Shown here: positions 10,683-20,200 of the stretch, piece by piece | Layout of the letters: every line of letters starts with the position of its first letter | Position numbering within the stretch: position 1 is the first letter of the stretch | Program-made: the position numbers and the translations under genes | The notes under the pieces: generated by a model | What the model saw: only the letters and a program-made list of their open reading frames with translations | Told to the model about the DNA's origin: nothing | The model's database searches: none | Assembly (NCBI GenBank): GCA_965208125.1 | Contig: OZ242320.1 | Location: forward strand, 4,064,001-4,128,000 | Direction: 5' to 3' | Length of the DNA stretch: 64,000 bases | DNA from: Candidatus Latescibacterota bacterium | Lineage (GTDB): Bacteria > Latescibacterota > UBA2968

Positions 10683-11639
10683 TTAGCCACTGCACGCATA
10701 CGCATCAAATACAATTTTTAAATCGCGTTTTGCGCGTGCAAAATCCGAATATGGCTGACGTGAGCGATTTTGAAGGCAGGATAAAAAATCTGCCGTCATC
10801 GCGCGATAGCCCATCAAATCTTTTAGACCGGGCCAGAGAATCCGAAAGCCTTTCTGGGGTTTGCGTATATAAATACCATTGCTTTCAAAAACAATGCGTC
10901 CGTGTGATCCTTCGATATAAGAATGTTGAAAAACGCCTTTTGTCAAACTGGGTGTTTGCCACGAGTAATGCAATTCGCCAATTGCGCCAGTGGGATAGAC
11001 CATTCTCACGACAGATTCGCGCTCTGGTGTATTGCCTGAATAGCCCGGGAATATCGCTTCGACCTGTTCGGGTACTGCATCGAATAGATCTGAAATCAGG
11101 GCGATAAAATGAATACCGCCTTCCAGCAAAGCACCATGAGCGCTTTTCCAACCCTGCGCTTGCTGCGTTGTGAGCTTTTTAACTGAGACTGAACGCATTT
11201 CGCCGATATCGCCCTGGGCGACCATGTGTTTGATGTACGATAGCGAGGGTTTGTAATAATAATTCTCCGCGATCATCAATAAGGGGGTCTCGACCCGTTC
11301 CAGCGCGGTCTCGATCTCGACAATTTCCTCTGGCGAGATGCACATCGGTTTTTCGACGAGTACGGCTTTGCCAGCTTCTAATAATGCGATTACCTGGTCT
11401 TTGTGATGCTCTGGCGGGGAAGCGATTACTACGGCATCCACATCGCTTTCCAATACGGCGTTCAGATCGTCAAAGATGCCCTCGCCCTTAAATTTGAGAT
11501 TGAACTTGTACGCGCTTACCCGCGACCGACTGCAAAAATACAACACCGCCCGCCATTGCAAGTTTTTCGCATGAAGCGCGCCGATATTCCCACAACCCAG
11601 GATGCAGATACGCGGTTTTTTATACGTTAGGTGATCCAT
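10683..11639 (-). CDS. Gfo/Idh/MocA family oxidoreductase
   Basis: GCGNIG Rossmann motif, GKAVLVEKP, GALLEGGIH. Confidence 0.88.
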   Translation of the reverse strand: MDHLTYKKPRICILGCGNIGALHAKNLQWRAVLYFCSRSRVSAYKFNLKFKGEGIFDDLNAVLESDVDAVVIASPPEHHKDQVIALLEAGKAVLVEKPMCISPEEIVEIETALERVETPLLMIAENYYYKPSLSYIKHMVAQGDIGEMRSVSVKKLTTQQAQGWKSAHGALLEGGIHFIALISDLFDAVPEQVEAIFPGYSGNTPERESVVRMVYPTGAIGELHYSWQTPSLTKGVFQHSYIEGSHGRIVFESNGIYIRKPQKGFRILWPGLKDLMGYRAMTADFLSCLQNRSRQPYSDFARAKRDLKIVFDAYACSG

Positions 11640-11645
11640 TAATGT

Positions 11646-12035
11646 TCATACCTGTTGACCAAGACAATAGCACAATCCGTCCGGTGCGATGACGAAGAAT
11701 ATGCGGAAGGATTTATCGCCGTGTTGGTCAACCCGATAATCGGGGTCGTCATTTTGCAGTCCATTGTTTTTCAATTCGTTGAAGGCGGCTTCGACATCAT
11801 CTACTTCAAAAAAACAACCCTCTTGGGTCGGATCACCACCATTTTCCGCCAGGCCGATCTGGATATCGTCTCTTGCGAGTATCGCGGATTTACAGGGCGC
11901 ATCCTGCCGAGATACGACCTGAAATCCCATGATTGTTTCGTAAAAAGGGATGGCTTCTTCCAGGTTCTCAACGGGGAGATTCAGGGCGTCTTGCAAGTAG
12001 GGTGAGGCTGTTTTAAATATAGATTTAGTTTTCAC
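11646..12035 (-). CDS. VOC/glyoxalase family protein
   Basis: LPVENLEEAIPFY..GF, FFEVDDVEAA, APDG. Confidence 0.85.
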   Translation of the reverse strand: MKTKSIFKTASPYLQDALNLPVENLEEAIPFYETIMGFQVVSRQDAPCKSAILARDDIQIGLAENGGDPTQEGCFFEVDDVEAAFNELKNNGLQNDDPDYRVDQHGDKSFRIFFVIAPDGLCYCLGQQV

Positions 12036-12092
12036 ACTTATCTCCTTCTCTCTGAATCTATGAAAAAATCACAATTGCAAATAGGTGATGGT

Positions 12093-13934
12093 TCATTCCT
12101 TCTTCCAGGCTGTGGCTCGGGCTGTCCCTTCCGCAGGTACAGCCACACGCACGGTCAGCACGGTATATCTCTCATCGTCGCTGGTGACCATCGTTTCCAG
12201 ACGTCCGCCATCCACCGCGTACCCTCCTGCTGGTAGCACGAATGTCACCCGGCAATCGGGAAACGCGTCTTCCAGAATATTAGTCACTGTGGCCGTCACT
12301 TTGTCGTGTTTCCCGTCGTTACCCGGATCGTATGTCACGCTAAGTGGCGGTGGCCCCGCTCGATCAAAAGGAATGGGAGCAACTGCATCTCCTCGATAGG
12401 TCGCCGATGTTACATGACCATCTTTAAAACGCACCACCCGAAAACTGCTGCTATTGCTTTTGCCCACCCGAGTCGTGGGTGTGGCTCCAATGGTCATCAC
12501 CTTTTCCCCGGGGCCATGCGCGTCGTGGATCAGCTTTGCCTTATGCCTATCCAGAAATGTCTCTACCGGCGCATTGTGCTCGAATGCGTTGATTATCTTG
12601 ATCTTAGCCTTCGCCCGAGAGGATAGAAGCGCGTTGGCTTGCGATAGATCCACATGCCAGGGATGTCCGAAATTCAGGATGCATAGGTTTGGCCCATAAT
12701 CGATGATTCCCACCTGATCTCCATACCACCTCTCGTGTCCGTAAAATTGGTGATTGCCGAATGTGATCGCATAGGGCATCTCCAGCACCAGATGTGATCC
12801 CGAGATATACGCCGGGTTCACCGCATTGCTAATCAGGACCATATCCGGTGCGATCAGGTTGGCGACTTCGGCCAGTTGTCTCTCGTATTCCGCCTGGTAC
12901 TGTCCCTGCGTGTCCAGGTGTCCAAACGTCATAAATACAGGATCTTTCGGATAGTCTCGAACGACGTACACGCTTCTGGGAGACTGTCGCGTGAAATCTC
13001 CCCGTGATCCGGACACCCTTATCGATAGATCGTATAACCCCGGTGGTATGTCTTGAGGTAGCTTTACCGTACCTTCCCGATCGTAGTAGAATCTCGCGCT
13101 TGGGTCTTCCTCAAATGCTACCGTGCGTGAGATCGTAGCTGGCCCAACCCGACGCGACAACTTCACTTGTCCTATCGTGTGATCGTAGGCCCCCAACCGC
13201 ACCCGAAAAGATTCACCGAGCCGACGGATGGCCGGGTGCCCCAGAACTGGGAATCGGAAGCCTTGTGGTCTGGTCTCCGGGTTCCGGTGTAGATATACTG
13301 GTGGCAGGCGCGTTTCTTTTCCTTTTTGAATCGCGATTTCTTCAATTTTTTGAGACTCCCATCCGTACGCAATCAGTTCCAGTGAATATCCCTTTCCTGC
13401 GGGTAGGCCGGTCAGACGACACGCCCCCGATAGCCAGTTCCGCACCAGCGTGTTCCGCACTATTTGACCACCCTGGCGTACCACCGCTCGTGCATCTACG
13501 AAGAATCCATTTTCCTCGCCGTTGAGTACAAATGACAGCTCTCCAGAATGCTCCGCCAGAACTCGAAATCCAGATATACGGCAGCCCATCTCGCCCCTGT
13601 TCTGAAGATGCTCAACGCGTACCAGGTGGTTCCCTTGTGTCAGTCCCCTCGCCAGTACCACCTCTCGTGCTTCGTTCCCCGGATACAAGATGCGCGGACT
13701 CCCATCATCTACTGTCACAATTAGTTTTCCCAGAGAAGGTCTTCCGTAGGCCGACACGGCGTGCTGTCCCAGACCAAGTGCCACTCCTGTACCGGTAAAT
13801 TCAAACGTCAAGGCAGCGCCATTATCCTCCGTCTCCAGACAGGCTGTCTCGGCATACCGAAACAGGCTCTCCCACCACGTACCTGATTGCAGCACACGGG
13901 CTGTATCCAGGGCTGATACCCACTCCTTATTCAT
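12093..13934 (-). CDS. Multidomain hypothetical protein (beta-sandwich domains plus degenerate metallophosphoesterase-like domain)
   Basis: 613 aa ORF; PPGLYDL, TFGHLD, PDMVLIS, FGNH resemble degenerate calcineurin-like motifs. Confidence 0.55.
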   Translation of the reverse strand: MNKEWVSALDTARVLQSGTWWESLFRYAETACLETEDNGAALTFEFTGTGVALGLGQHAVSAYGRPSLGKLIVTVDDGSPRILYPGNEAREVVLARGLTQGNHLVRVEHLQNRGEMGCRISGFRVLAEHSGELSFVLNGEENGFFVDARAVVRQGGQIVRNTLVRNWLSGACRLTGLPAGKGYSLELIAYGWESQKIEEIAIQKGKETRLPPVYLHRNPETRPQGFRFPVLGHPAIRRLGESFRVRLGAYDHTIGQVKLSRRVGPATISRTVAFEEDPSARFYYDREGTVKLPQDIPPGLYDLSIRVSGSRGDFTRQSPRSVYVVRDYPKDPVFMTFGHLDTQGQYQAEYERQLAEVANLIAPDMVLISNAVNPAYISGSHLVLEMPYAITFGNHQFYGHERWYGDQVGIIDYGPNLCILNFGHPWHVDLSQANALLSSRAKAKIKIINAFEHNAPVETFLDRHKAKLIHDAHGPGEKVMTIGATPTTRVGKSNSSSFRVVRFKDGHVTSATYRGDAVAPIPFDRAGPPPLSVTYDPGNDGKHDKVTATVTNILEDAFPDCRVTFVLPAGGYAVDGGRLETMVTSDDERYTVLTVRVAVPAEGTARATAWKKE

Positions 13935-13952
13935 TGGAGTTCATCCCCCTCA

Positions 13953-14840
13953 TTAGACCTCTCTCGCAACAACATCCAGATCCCATTTCTGCCAGTAATA
14001 TTTGACCGGATCGCTCTCGTCCCATTTTCCGTATACATCTTCCCAGGTCAGCCAATTCATGTGCGGCTGTAGTGAATCCTCTCGGACTGGATGGCTTCGC
14101 GGTTGATATCGGTAATCAGATGAAATCCGCAGACGGTCTGCAGACTCGTTATCGCGCCCCTGATGAATGGTCAGGCTGTGTAGAATAATTACGTCACCGC
14201 ACATATAGTCGCCACCGACCCAGACGGAATCCTCTTCGACGGAAACTTGGCGGCCACCTGGTCCCACGCCTTCGAATGTCTCCAGTTTACCTCGCCGATG
14301 TGATCCGCGGGCGAGAGCGAGTCCACCGAGTTCTTCTGGACAATCACCATAGGGGATCCAGGCTGTCCATGTCTCGTCCGATCCTCCAATGAAGTAGTTG
14401 TCCTGATGCGGAGGGGTCGAATGGGTATCTGTATCGGGGAAGACAAGGCGGCAGATGTTTCGGCTGTGCGGGAGCACATGTTCGCCGAATAGAACTTCAA
14501 ACGCCCGAATTAGAGGGGGTTCGAGTGCCAGTGCGTGAAAGTCTCGAATTTTCAGTACATCATCATAAAATGCCTGCCAGCGCGGGTCTTTGCTCTCGAC
14601 GACCTGAATGTCGGGATTTGCAATGCCCTCTGTCAGTTCGGAGCCTTCCATCAGCCATCCGTGATCCCGACAGACGCCGAGGATCTGATGCCGAACTTCG
14701 ATTACGCGTTCCGGATTGAGCAGGTTGCGAAAGAACAGATACCCATTCTCTTTTGCCTGTTGTCGAAGCTTCTCAGGATTCAGCAACAAATCCGTCGCAT
14801 CCTCAAGTGCCTCGATCTGTTTCATCTCAATCATTGCCAT
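13953..14840 (-). CDS. Phytanoyl-CoA dioxygenase (PhyH) family Fe(II)/2OG oxygenase
   Basis: ENGYLF, PPHQD, TAWIP, GGL..RGSH, HSLTIH, RISSDYRYQ. Confidence 0.88.
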   Translation of the reverse strand: MAMIEMKQIEALEDATDLLLNPEKLRQQAKENGYLFFRNLLNPERVIEVRHQILGVCRDHGWLMEGSELTEGIANPDIQVVESKDPRWQAFYDDVLKIRDFHALALEPPLIRAFEVLFGEHVLPHSRNICRLVFPDTDTHSTPPHQDNYFIGGSDETWTAWIPYGDCPEELGGLALARGSHRRGKLETFEGVGPGGRQVSVEEDSVWVGGDYMCGDVIILHSLTIHQGRDNESADRLRISSDYRYQPRSHPVREDSLQPHMNWLTWEDVYGKWDESDPVKYYWQKWDLDVVAREV

Positions 14841-14903
14841 ATAATGGTCTCCTTCCTATAGTGATTATCGTCCAGTGAATCCTATATATCGCATCTGAAG
14901 CGA

Positions 14904-15608
14904 TCAATTGCTGGTTGTCTGTGTAACGGTAATCTGTGTAACGGTCGGCATGATGACAGTTGCCATGACGGCTGCCTGCATCGCCGCTATGGCTTCTTTC
15001 GCCGCCGGTCCCGTGGCTTCACCATTAATAATTCGTTCGATTCGTGCTTTGCGGTCTCTTAGGCCCTTTTTATCGAAGACCATTTCCAGAAGCCCTGCGC
15101 TATTCATCAGTGACACAAGAATGACTGTTCGTGGCTCGACATCTCTGGTGTCAGTAAAGATAGCCAGACGTAAACGCTCAACCAGATTCTTTCTTGGTTG
15201 TAGATTAATCTGGGAATAAAGCTTTCGCTTGAAGATGAACAAAACCTTGTCTTCAGTTGCCTGAAGGGTACCCCGACTGCACAGTTGTGCGGCAACCCGG
15301 TGTTTGAGATCCTTTATCCTGGCAAACCGCGAAACCCAATCACGAAGTGATGCACGTCTTTTTGCGCTGGTGATTTTTTCAAGGCATTCGTCAATTACAG
15401 GTTCACCGATGGGTGTAGTACTGACAGGATTGACGAGTTTTTTTTTCGTTTCTTCAACACGGATGAGATTGCTTAACAAAAGCTCAGCCAGGATGGCTGC
15501 ACCTATCGCGTACAGGTATTTGGCCTCCAATGCCAACGTGCCTTTCTCCTCTTGCAAAGCCAATAGCGTGATCTCTTCGTGTAAGAAGAGTGTGTCCTGA
15601 GTTTCCAT
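14904..15608 (-). CDS. GPP34/GOLPH3 (Vps74-like) family protein
   Basis: LFLHEEITLLAL, GAAILAELLL, KVLFIFKRKLY, PRTVILVSL. Confidence 0.8.
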   Translation of the reverse strand: METQDTLFLHEEITLLALQEEKGTLALEAKYLYAIGAAILAELLLSNLIRVEETKKKLVNPVSTTPIGEPVIDECLEKITSAKRRASLRDWVSRFARIKDLKHRVAAQLCSRGTLQATEDKVLFIFKRKLYSQINLQPRKNLVERLRLAIFTDTRDVEPRTVILVSLMNSAGLLEMVFDKKGLRDRKARIERIINGEATGPAAKEAIAAMQAAVMATVIMPTVTQITVTQTTSN

Positions 15609-15630
15609 GATGGAATCCTTTTTACAAAAG

Positions 15631-15999
15631 TCAAGATAGGGCTGTGGGGGATAGCTCCTGGATCTCATCTGGTTCGGGCATGGATGGGAATTGGACTGCT
15701 TTTATGGTTTTACGCCCTTCAAGTATCGCTTTGCACAGGCGATGGCCGCCATCCATGAGTGAGCTATCTGCATTTAGAATGATAGGATATTTCAGGGATG
15801 CAGTGTTAATTTTTTTACAATGCCGCGCGATCTCTCTTAGTGTGGGTTTCTTTTGCCCAAACCAGCAGTCTTCGTCTAATTCTTTGATTGATGATATTTC
15901 AATTTCAAATGGAGGAAGATCTCTGGACTGTCTCCAGAGTTTTTCGGTGTACCACACGAGCCGTTTACCATCGCGTATTGTGCTGTGTTTTTGCGGCAC
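15631..15999 (-). CDS. Small ParB/Srx-like N-terminal domain protein
   Basis: YPIILNADSSLMDGGHRLCKA; AGGAGG RBS before GTG. Confidence 0.7.
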   Translation of the reverse strand: MPQKHSTIRDGKRLVWYTEKLWRQSRDLPPFEIEISSIKELDEDCWFGQKKPTLREIARHCKKINTASLKYPIILNADSSLMDGGHRLCKAILEGRKTIKAVQFPSMPEPDEIQELSPTALS

Positions 16000-16016
16000 G
16001 ATTCCTCCTTTGAATT

Positions 16017-16532
16017 TCAGACCATATTCAGGTTATATCGAATTTCTCTAAGTTCTACCTCTCCACGGGCTCCCACTTTTTGCACGTCCTCCGCAGCGAA
16101 TCCGAATTTTTGATAGAAAGAAATTGCTCTCTGGTTGGTATCGAGAACCCAGACTTTTACTGTCGAGCAATTCATTTCACGCAGGACTGAGAGAGAAGCC
16201 TCCATCAGTTTTCGGCCAATGCCGCGGTCCCAGAATTCTTCAAGGGCGTAGATCGCATAGACTTCGCCAACGGAGTTTTTATCCAGTCCTTCATCTCGTA
16301 CGGGGCCAAAGCTGCTGAATGCAACGATTCTTTGCTCTGCTTCGGCTACAAGTACTTTATTTGAAGGAGATCTCAGAAGTTGGTGCCAATCCTTCTCTCT
16401 GCGGTCAACAGACAAGTTATCGAGAAAGTCGTCGGGCACTTGCCCCTTATACGCGGCTTGCCATGATCGAACGTGGACTTCGGCCAGGCCTCTGGCATCG
16501 CTTTTGGAAGGTTCTCGGATTATCATTGCCAT
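16017..16532 (-). CDS. GNAT N-acetyltransferase
   Basis: VHVRSWQAAY, WDRGIGRKLM, WVLDTNQRAISFYQKFGF. Confidence 0.9.
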   Translation of the reverse strand: MAMIIREPSKSDARGLAEVHVRSWQAAYKGQVPDDFLDNLSVDRREKDWHQLLRSPSNKVLVAEAEQRIVAFSSFGPVRDEGLDKNSVGEVYAIYALEEFWDRGIGRKLMEASLSVLREMNCSTVKVWVLDTNQRAISFYQKFGFAAEDVQKVGARGEVELREIRYNLNMV

Positions 16533-16576
16533 GGTTGGAGATCTCTTTAATCTCGGAGTGGCGGATCGCGCTTTCC

Positions 16577-17518
16577 TCATTCCTTGAGAGCATCTCTTAC
16601 GGTCCTGGCGAGTTCCGGGTGCTTCTGCAGGGTGCTCAAGCGAGAGATGACGAGATTGCCGCTGCCGTATTTCAGGGCGATTTCTATTTCCTTGGCAAGG
16701 CGTTCGGGCGTGCGCACGAAGCCAGGCAAGTCGTGGATGCCGATAAAGGGGACAAAGCGGTTGATCGCCGGATTTTCCAGACGCTTCATTTCGGCGGCTT
16801 CCATTTCAACGCGTTCGAGTCGCCATTCGGGGGGATAGAACCAGGAGATGGTCTGTGTGCAATAGTCGAGTTTGTATTTGGCGCCAATGTATTCGTCGGG
16901 CAGGAAGTGCGGCCAGACGTGGTTGGTGACGATGGCATTGGGATCTATGGATTTAGCGTGGTCGTAGAGGAGGCGGTGAACGTCAATGAGTGTTTGCGTG
17001 GATACTTTTCCCATGATTTCGATGTCGGACAGGTCGGGGGTTTGCTCGCGCGCTTCTTTACGGAGGGTTTCACAGCGGTCACAGAAACAGGCGTAGTAGT
17101 TGACAAAGCCAAAGCCGTCGAGGGCGATCCCGTCGGCGATTTCGAGGGCGCGCTCAACCCGCTTCTTGAGTTCGGCCTGCGATTCGGGATGCTCGAAACA
17201 GAGGACTGTTCTCGGTAAGACGAACGATTGCCAGCGGTAGCTCTCTCCATGCGGTTGTCCGACAATGGCGTCCGAAATTTTGTATTCGAATTCGCGCATT
17301 TTCTGAAGGCAATGCGGATAGGTATTTTCAAAGTCGTCGTCGGAATAGGGGAAGACGGTGGCGATGATCTGGATGTCTCGTTTATGGGCGCGTGCGACCA
17401 TTTCAGGAGTGGCGCTATTGGTAACAAGCGTGTTGAAGCCAAGGTTAGCCACAAAATCGACGGCTTGTTCGCGTTCGGTGTCGGTTCTGAGACGGTCGAT
17501 GGCCCAGACGGCTTTCAT
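16577..17518 (-). CDS. Hypothetical protein, possible glycoside-hydrolase-like TIM barrel
   Basis: LCFEHPE, DGIALD, CFCDRC pattern as seen in GH42/GHL-like folds. Confidence 0.5.
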   Translation of the reverse strand: MKAVWAIDRLRTDTEREQAVDFVANLGFNTLVTNSATPEMVARAHKRDIQIIATVFPYSDDDFENTYPHCLQKMREFEYKISDAIVGQPHGESYRWQSFVLPRTVLCFEHPESQAELKKRVERALEIADGIALDGFGFVNYYACFCDRCETLRKEAREQTPDLSDIEIMGKVSTQTLIDVHRLLYDHAKSIDPNAIVTNHVWPHFLPDEYIGAKYKLDYCTQTISWFYPPEWRLERVEMEAAEMKRLENPAINRFVPFIGIHDLPGFVRTPERLAKEIEIALKYGSGNLVISRLSTLQKHPELARTVRDALKE

Positions 17519-17560
17519 AGGATGATGTCCTTGTATATCCTTCTTAAGCCAAATGGTATT

Positions 17561-18334
17561 TTAATCAGGAAGGAGATGAAGTTTATCAGGTGGCAGATGA
17601 TTCTTTAGTTCTCGCAGGTGTCTTTGGCTTTGTTCAGCTAACTGAGCATACAGGGGGAATGTGGTGCCTTTTGCTCTGAACTCCACGACCAAAAGCCTGC
17701 GCTCTCGATGTCCCGGTGTTACCGATCCGCCGTGGACGACTGGGCCCGAAATCAGGGAGGCTTGCCCCTGTTTTGCAAAGACAGGAATGGGATCTTCGTA
17801 TTCCAGATTGGGAGGTACTTGCTTAAGTTCGTGGTTGTTGTCGGATGGGTGATCGTCCATGTAACGCATTACCTGTAAGTGGCTGCCAGGGCGATAGTAT
17901 AATGGACAATTGTCGGCATGGACATCGGTTAGCCATACGAAAAAGCTGCTGGGCATGGGGACGGGTGTGCTCTGGGCGGCAGAAGTTCTACACTTGAAAT
18001 CAACGTGTTCTGGTTCGAGTTCTGTCTGTGCGTTGGGCCTGGGTTTTGTCACGCGCAGGGATACCAATGTTAGTTCGACGGCCTCAGTGCACAAGATTGT
18101 CTTTGAAACGCACTCGAAAAATGGATCACAGACAAGTCTCAATAGTTCAGGTTGGAGGACATCGCCCTTATACCATCCAAAAGCATCCTCTCGTTCTTCA
18201 GGGAAGAAATCAGAGTCATCGATTGCATCAATGGCCTTATTCGCAGCGTTGAGTAATGAGCGAGGAAAATCTGGCGATAGGGTCACGAGACCATCGGTCT
18301 GAAATCGCTCAATTTCGGTTTGATCAATGCTCAT
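17561..18334 (-). CDS. PhyH family dioxygenase
   Basis: RFQTDG, HVD, VWLTDV, PGSH, VVHGGS..R. Confidence 0.8.
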   Translation of the reverse strand: MSIDQTEIERFQTDGLVTLSPDFPRSLLNAANKAIDAIDDSDFFPEEREDAFGWYKGDVLQPELLRLVCDPFFECVSKTILCTEAVELTLVSLRVTKPRPNAQTELEPEHVDFKCRTSAAQSTPVPMPSSFFVWLTDVHADNCPLYYRPGSHLQVMRYMDDHPSDNNHELKQVPPNLEYEDPIPVFAKQGQASLISGPVVHGGSVTPGHRERRLLVVEFRAKGTTFPLYAQLAEQSQRHLRELKNHLPPDKLHLLPD

Positions 18335-18359
18335 GATTTACATCTCCTGTTACATCCGC

Positions 18360-19703
18360 TCACCTCAGATCATTTTCTCCCAACACGTATTTGATCTGTA
18401 CGTTCCCGTCTTTATCGACGATTTTCATGTTTAGTTCGCGGTTGCCTTTGGGGCCTGAGAAACGGAGTAGCCCGAAGTTGAAACCGGGATAGACGGTTGC
18501 GATACTCTGTGGGTTTCCGCGCCAGCCCGAGCGGGATCTCTGGACGATTGGGTCTGTTCTGACGGCGGCGTTGGAACTGAGCAATTCAAAGAGAGGATAG
18601 GTGTCCTGTCCCTCGCGATAGAGGCGGTTGAGCGTCCCAACGTGCCAATCGCCTGCGATGAAGACGACACCGGTGATGTTTTCGGCGAACATCCATTTCA
18701 GGAAGTCGTCTCGCTCTGTACCGAAATTGTCCCAGCGCTCGCCACGTCCCGTGAAGTCAACGACCATGCTATTTCCATTGGCGATTACTTTGAACGTCGC
18801 TGTACTCGCCTTCAGGGATGCTTTCAGCCAGTCGATCTGCCCTTGTCCGAACATGGTCTTGCGGTCTTCTGCTTCGTTCGGGTCCCTATGATAGCGGTCG
18901 TCGAGCATGAAGAACTCGACATCGGAAATTCGAAACTTGTGAAAGATCCCCTTTGTCTGGGAAGTGCCCCCGCCCGAGTTCGGCCAATACCTTCGATACA
19001 GTTCCAGGGTTTCTTCCCGGTAGGAGAATGTGCGATCGGAGTTGTTGGGCCCATAGTCGTGGTCGTCCCAGATTCCATAGCTGGGCGTCGTTGCCATTAG
19101 TGCTCTGATTTCCGGTACATGTCGCACTTCGCGATGATATCCCGCCATTGCATAGCGGACTGGATCCGGGACCTCGCCGTAGTGACTGGATCGTCCCGGC
19201 ATGTAGTTGATGTCGCCAATAAAGAGAAATGCGTTTGGGCGGTGCTGCAAGACTTCTGCAAATGCAGGTTGCATGGGCTGTGTTCCCGGGTTCAAGCAGG
19301 ATCCGAATCCCACGGAGAAATCAGCGACGTAGGTTGAATCATTCTGTCGCGGTTGCATCGCGGGCATTGTACGGAATACCTGGGGAACGAGTGCTCTTAC
19401 CTGTTTCCCATTTACCGAAATCGCGTAGTGAACCCTTGTGTTCTGCACAAGTCCGTTCAGTGTCACCGTGCCAGTGTGGGGATAGCTTTCCGAGGTCATT
19501 GTCTCGACTGCTGCACGGGTGATCGTCATAGCTCTGCCCGTTTGCGTCCAGTAATCTACTGTGACCTTTGCTGGCGCGTCTGTCTCAACCCAGATTATCG
19601 CCGACGATGTCGTCGTATGGCTTATCATTGGGCCTGCAAGTAGCTCTGCAGCCATCATCCGCGATGGAATGAGCATCAGTACTGTTAAGATCAAAATTTT
19701 CAT
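18360..19703 (-). CDS. Alkaline phosphatase D (PhoD) family protein
   Basis: Signal peptide, FGSC, GDINY, IWDDHDY, FFMLDDRYHR, GDWH. Confidence 0.88.
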   Translation of the reverse strand: MKILILTVLMLIPSRMMAAELLAGPMISHTTTSSAIIWVETDAPAKVTVDYWTQTGRAMTITRAAVETMTSESYPHTGTVTLNGLVQNTRVHYAISVNGKQVRALVPQVFRTMPAMQPRQNDSTYVADFSVGFGSCLNPGTQPMQPAFAEVLQHRPNAFLFIGDINYMPGRSSHYGEVPDPVRYAMAGYHREVRHVPEIRALMATTPSYGIWDDHDYGPNNSDRTFSYREETLELYRRYWPNSGGGTSQTKGIFHKFRISDVEFFMLDDRYHRDPNEAEDRKTMFGQGQIDWLKASLKASTATFKVIANGNSMVVDFTGRGERWDNFGTERDDFLKWMFAENITGVVFIAGDWHVGTLNRLYREGQDTYPLFELLSSNAAVRTDPIVQRSRSGWRGNPQSIATVYPGFNFGLLRFSGPKGNRELNMKIVDKDGNVQIKYVLGENDLR

Positions 19704-20200
19704 CCTTCCTCCTCTTCTGTAAAGGTTTTGGAACGTATTGTTTTTGCCAGTTCTTCGGATCGCTGAGAGCCAATCAATAATCGCTTTCCATTGGTTAGCT
19801 CCAATTGTACGCCATGATCTCCACTCACATTATAAGCCATTCCTTTAGTTCCATATCGAATTCCCCATCCGCCATATTCTTTGATTGGGCTGTACTGTCT
19901 GGCATCACATTTTGCAATTTCTGAGAATGGGATTCTCTCTCTCTTCAGCGGAAAGAATCGGATGTGAATGGCATCATTTTTGACTTCAGTTATCATCTTT
20001 ATCGAAAGCATAAACACCGGTACTAATACCAGAGCCAGAGCAATGGCACCATAAATAAGCATATTGGTGCCAGACATTGGCCAGTTCCGAAATACCTTGA
20101 ATCCTATATAGATCAAAGCTGAGATGCAAGGTACAAGTACAATAGCCAATAGCCAGCCCTGTCTAAATTGCTGAATTTCGATGAAATTTGAGTTGTGCAT
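19700..20200 (-). CDS. Two-TM membrane protein with PH-like domain (DUF6141-like)
   Basis: FIEIQQFRQ, YSPIKEYGGWGIR, AYNVSGDHGVQL, LLIGSQ. Confidence 0.75.
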   Translation of the reverse strand: MHNSNFIEIQQFRQGWLLAIVLVPCISALIYIGFKVFRNWPMSGTNMLIYGAIALALVLVPVFMLSIKMITEVKNDAIHIRFFPLKRERIPFSEIAKCDARQYSPIKEYGGWGIRYGTKGMAYNVSGDHGVQLELTNGKRLLIGSQRSEELAKTIRSKTFTEEEEG

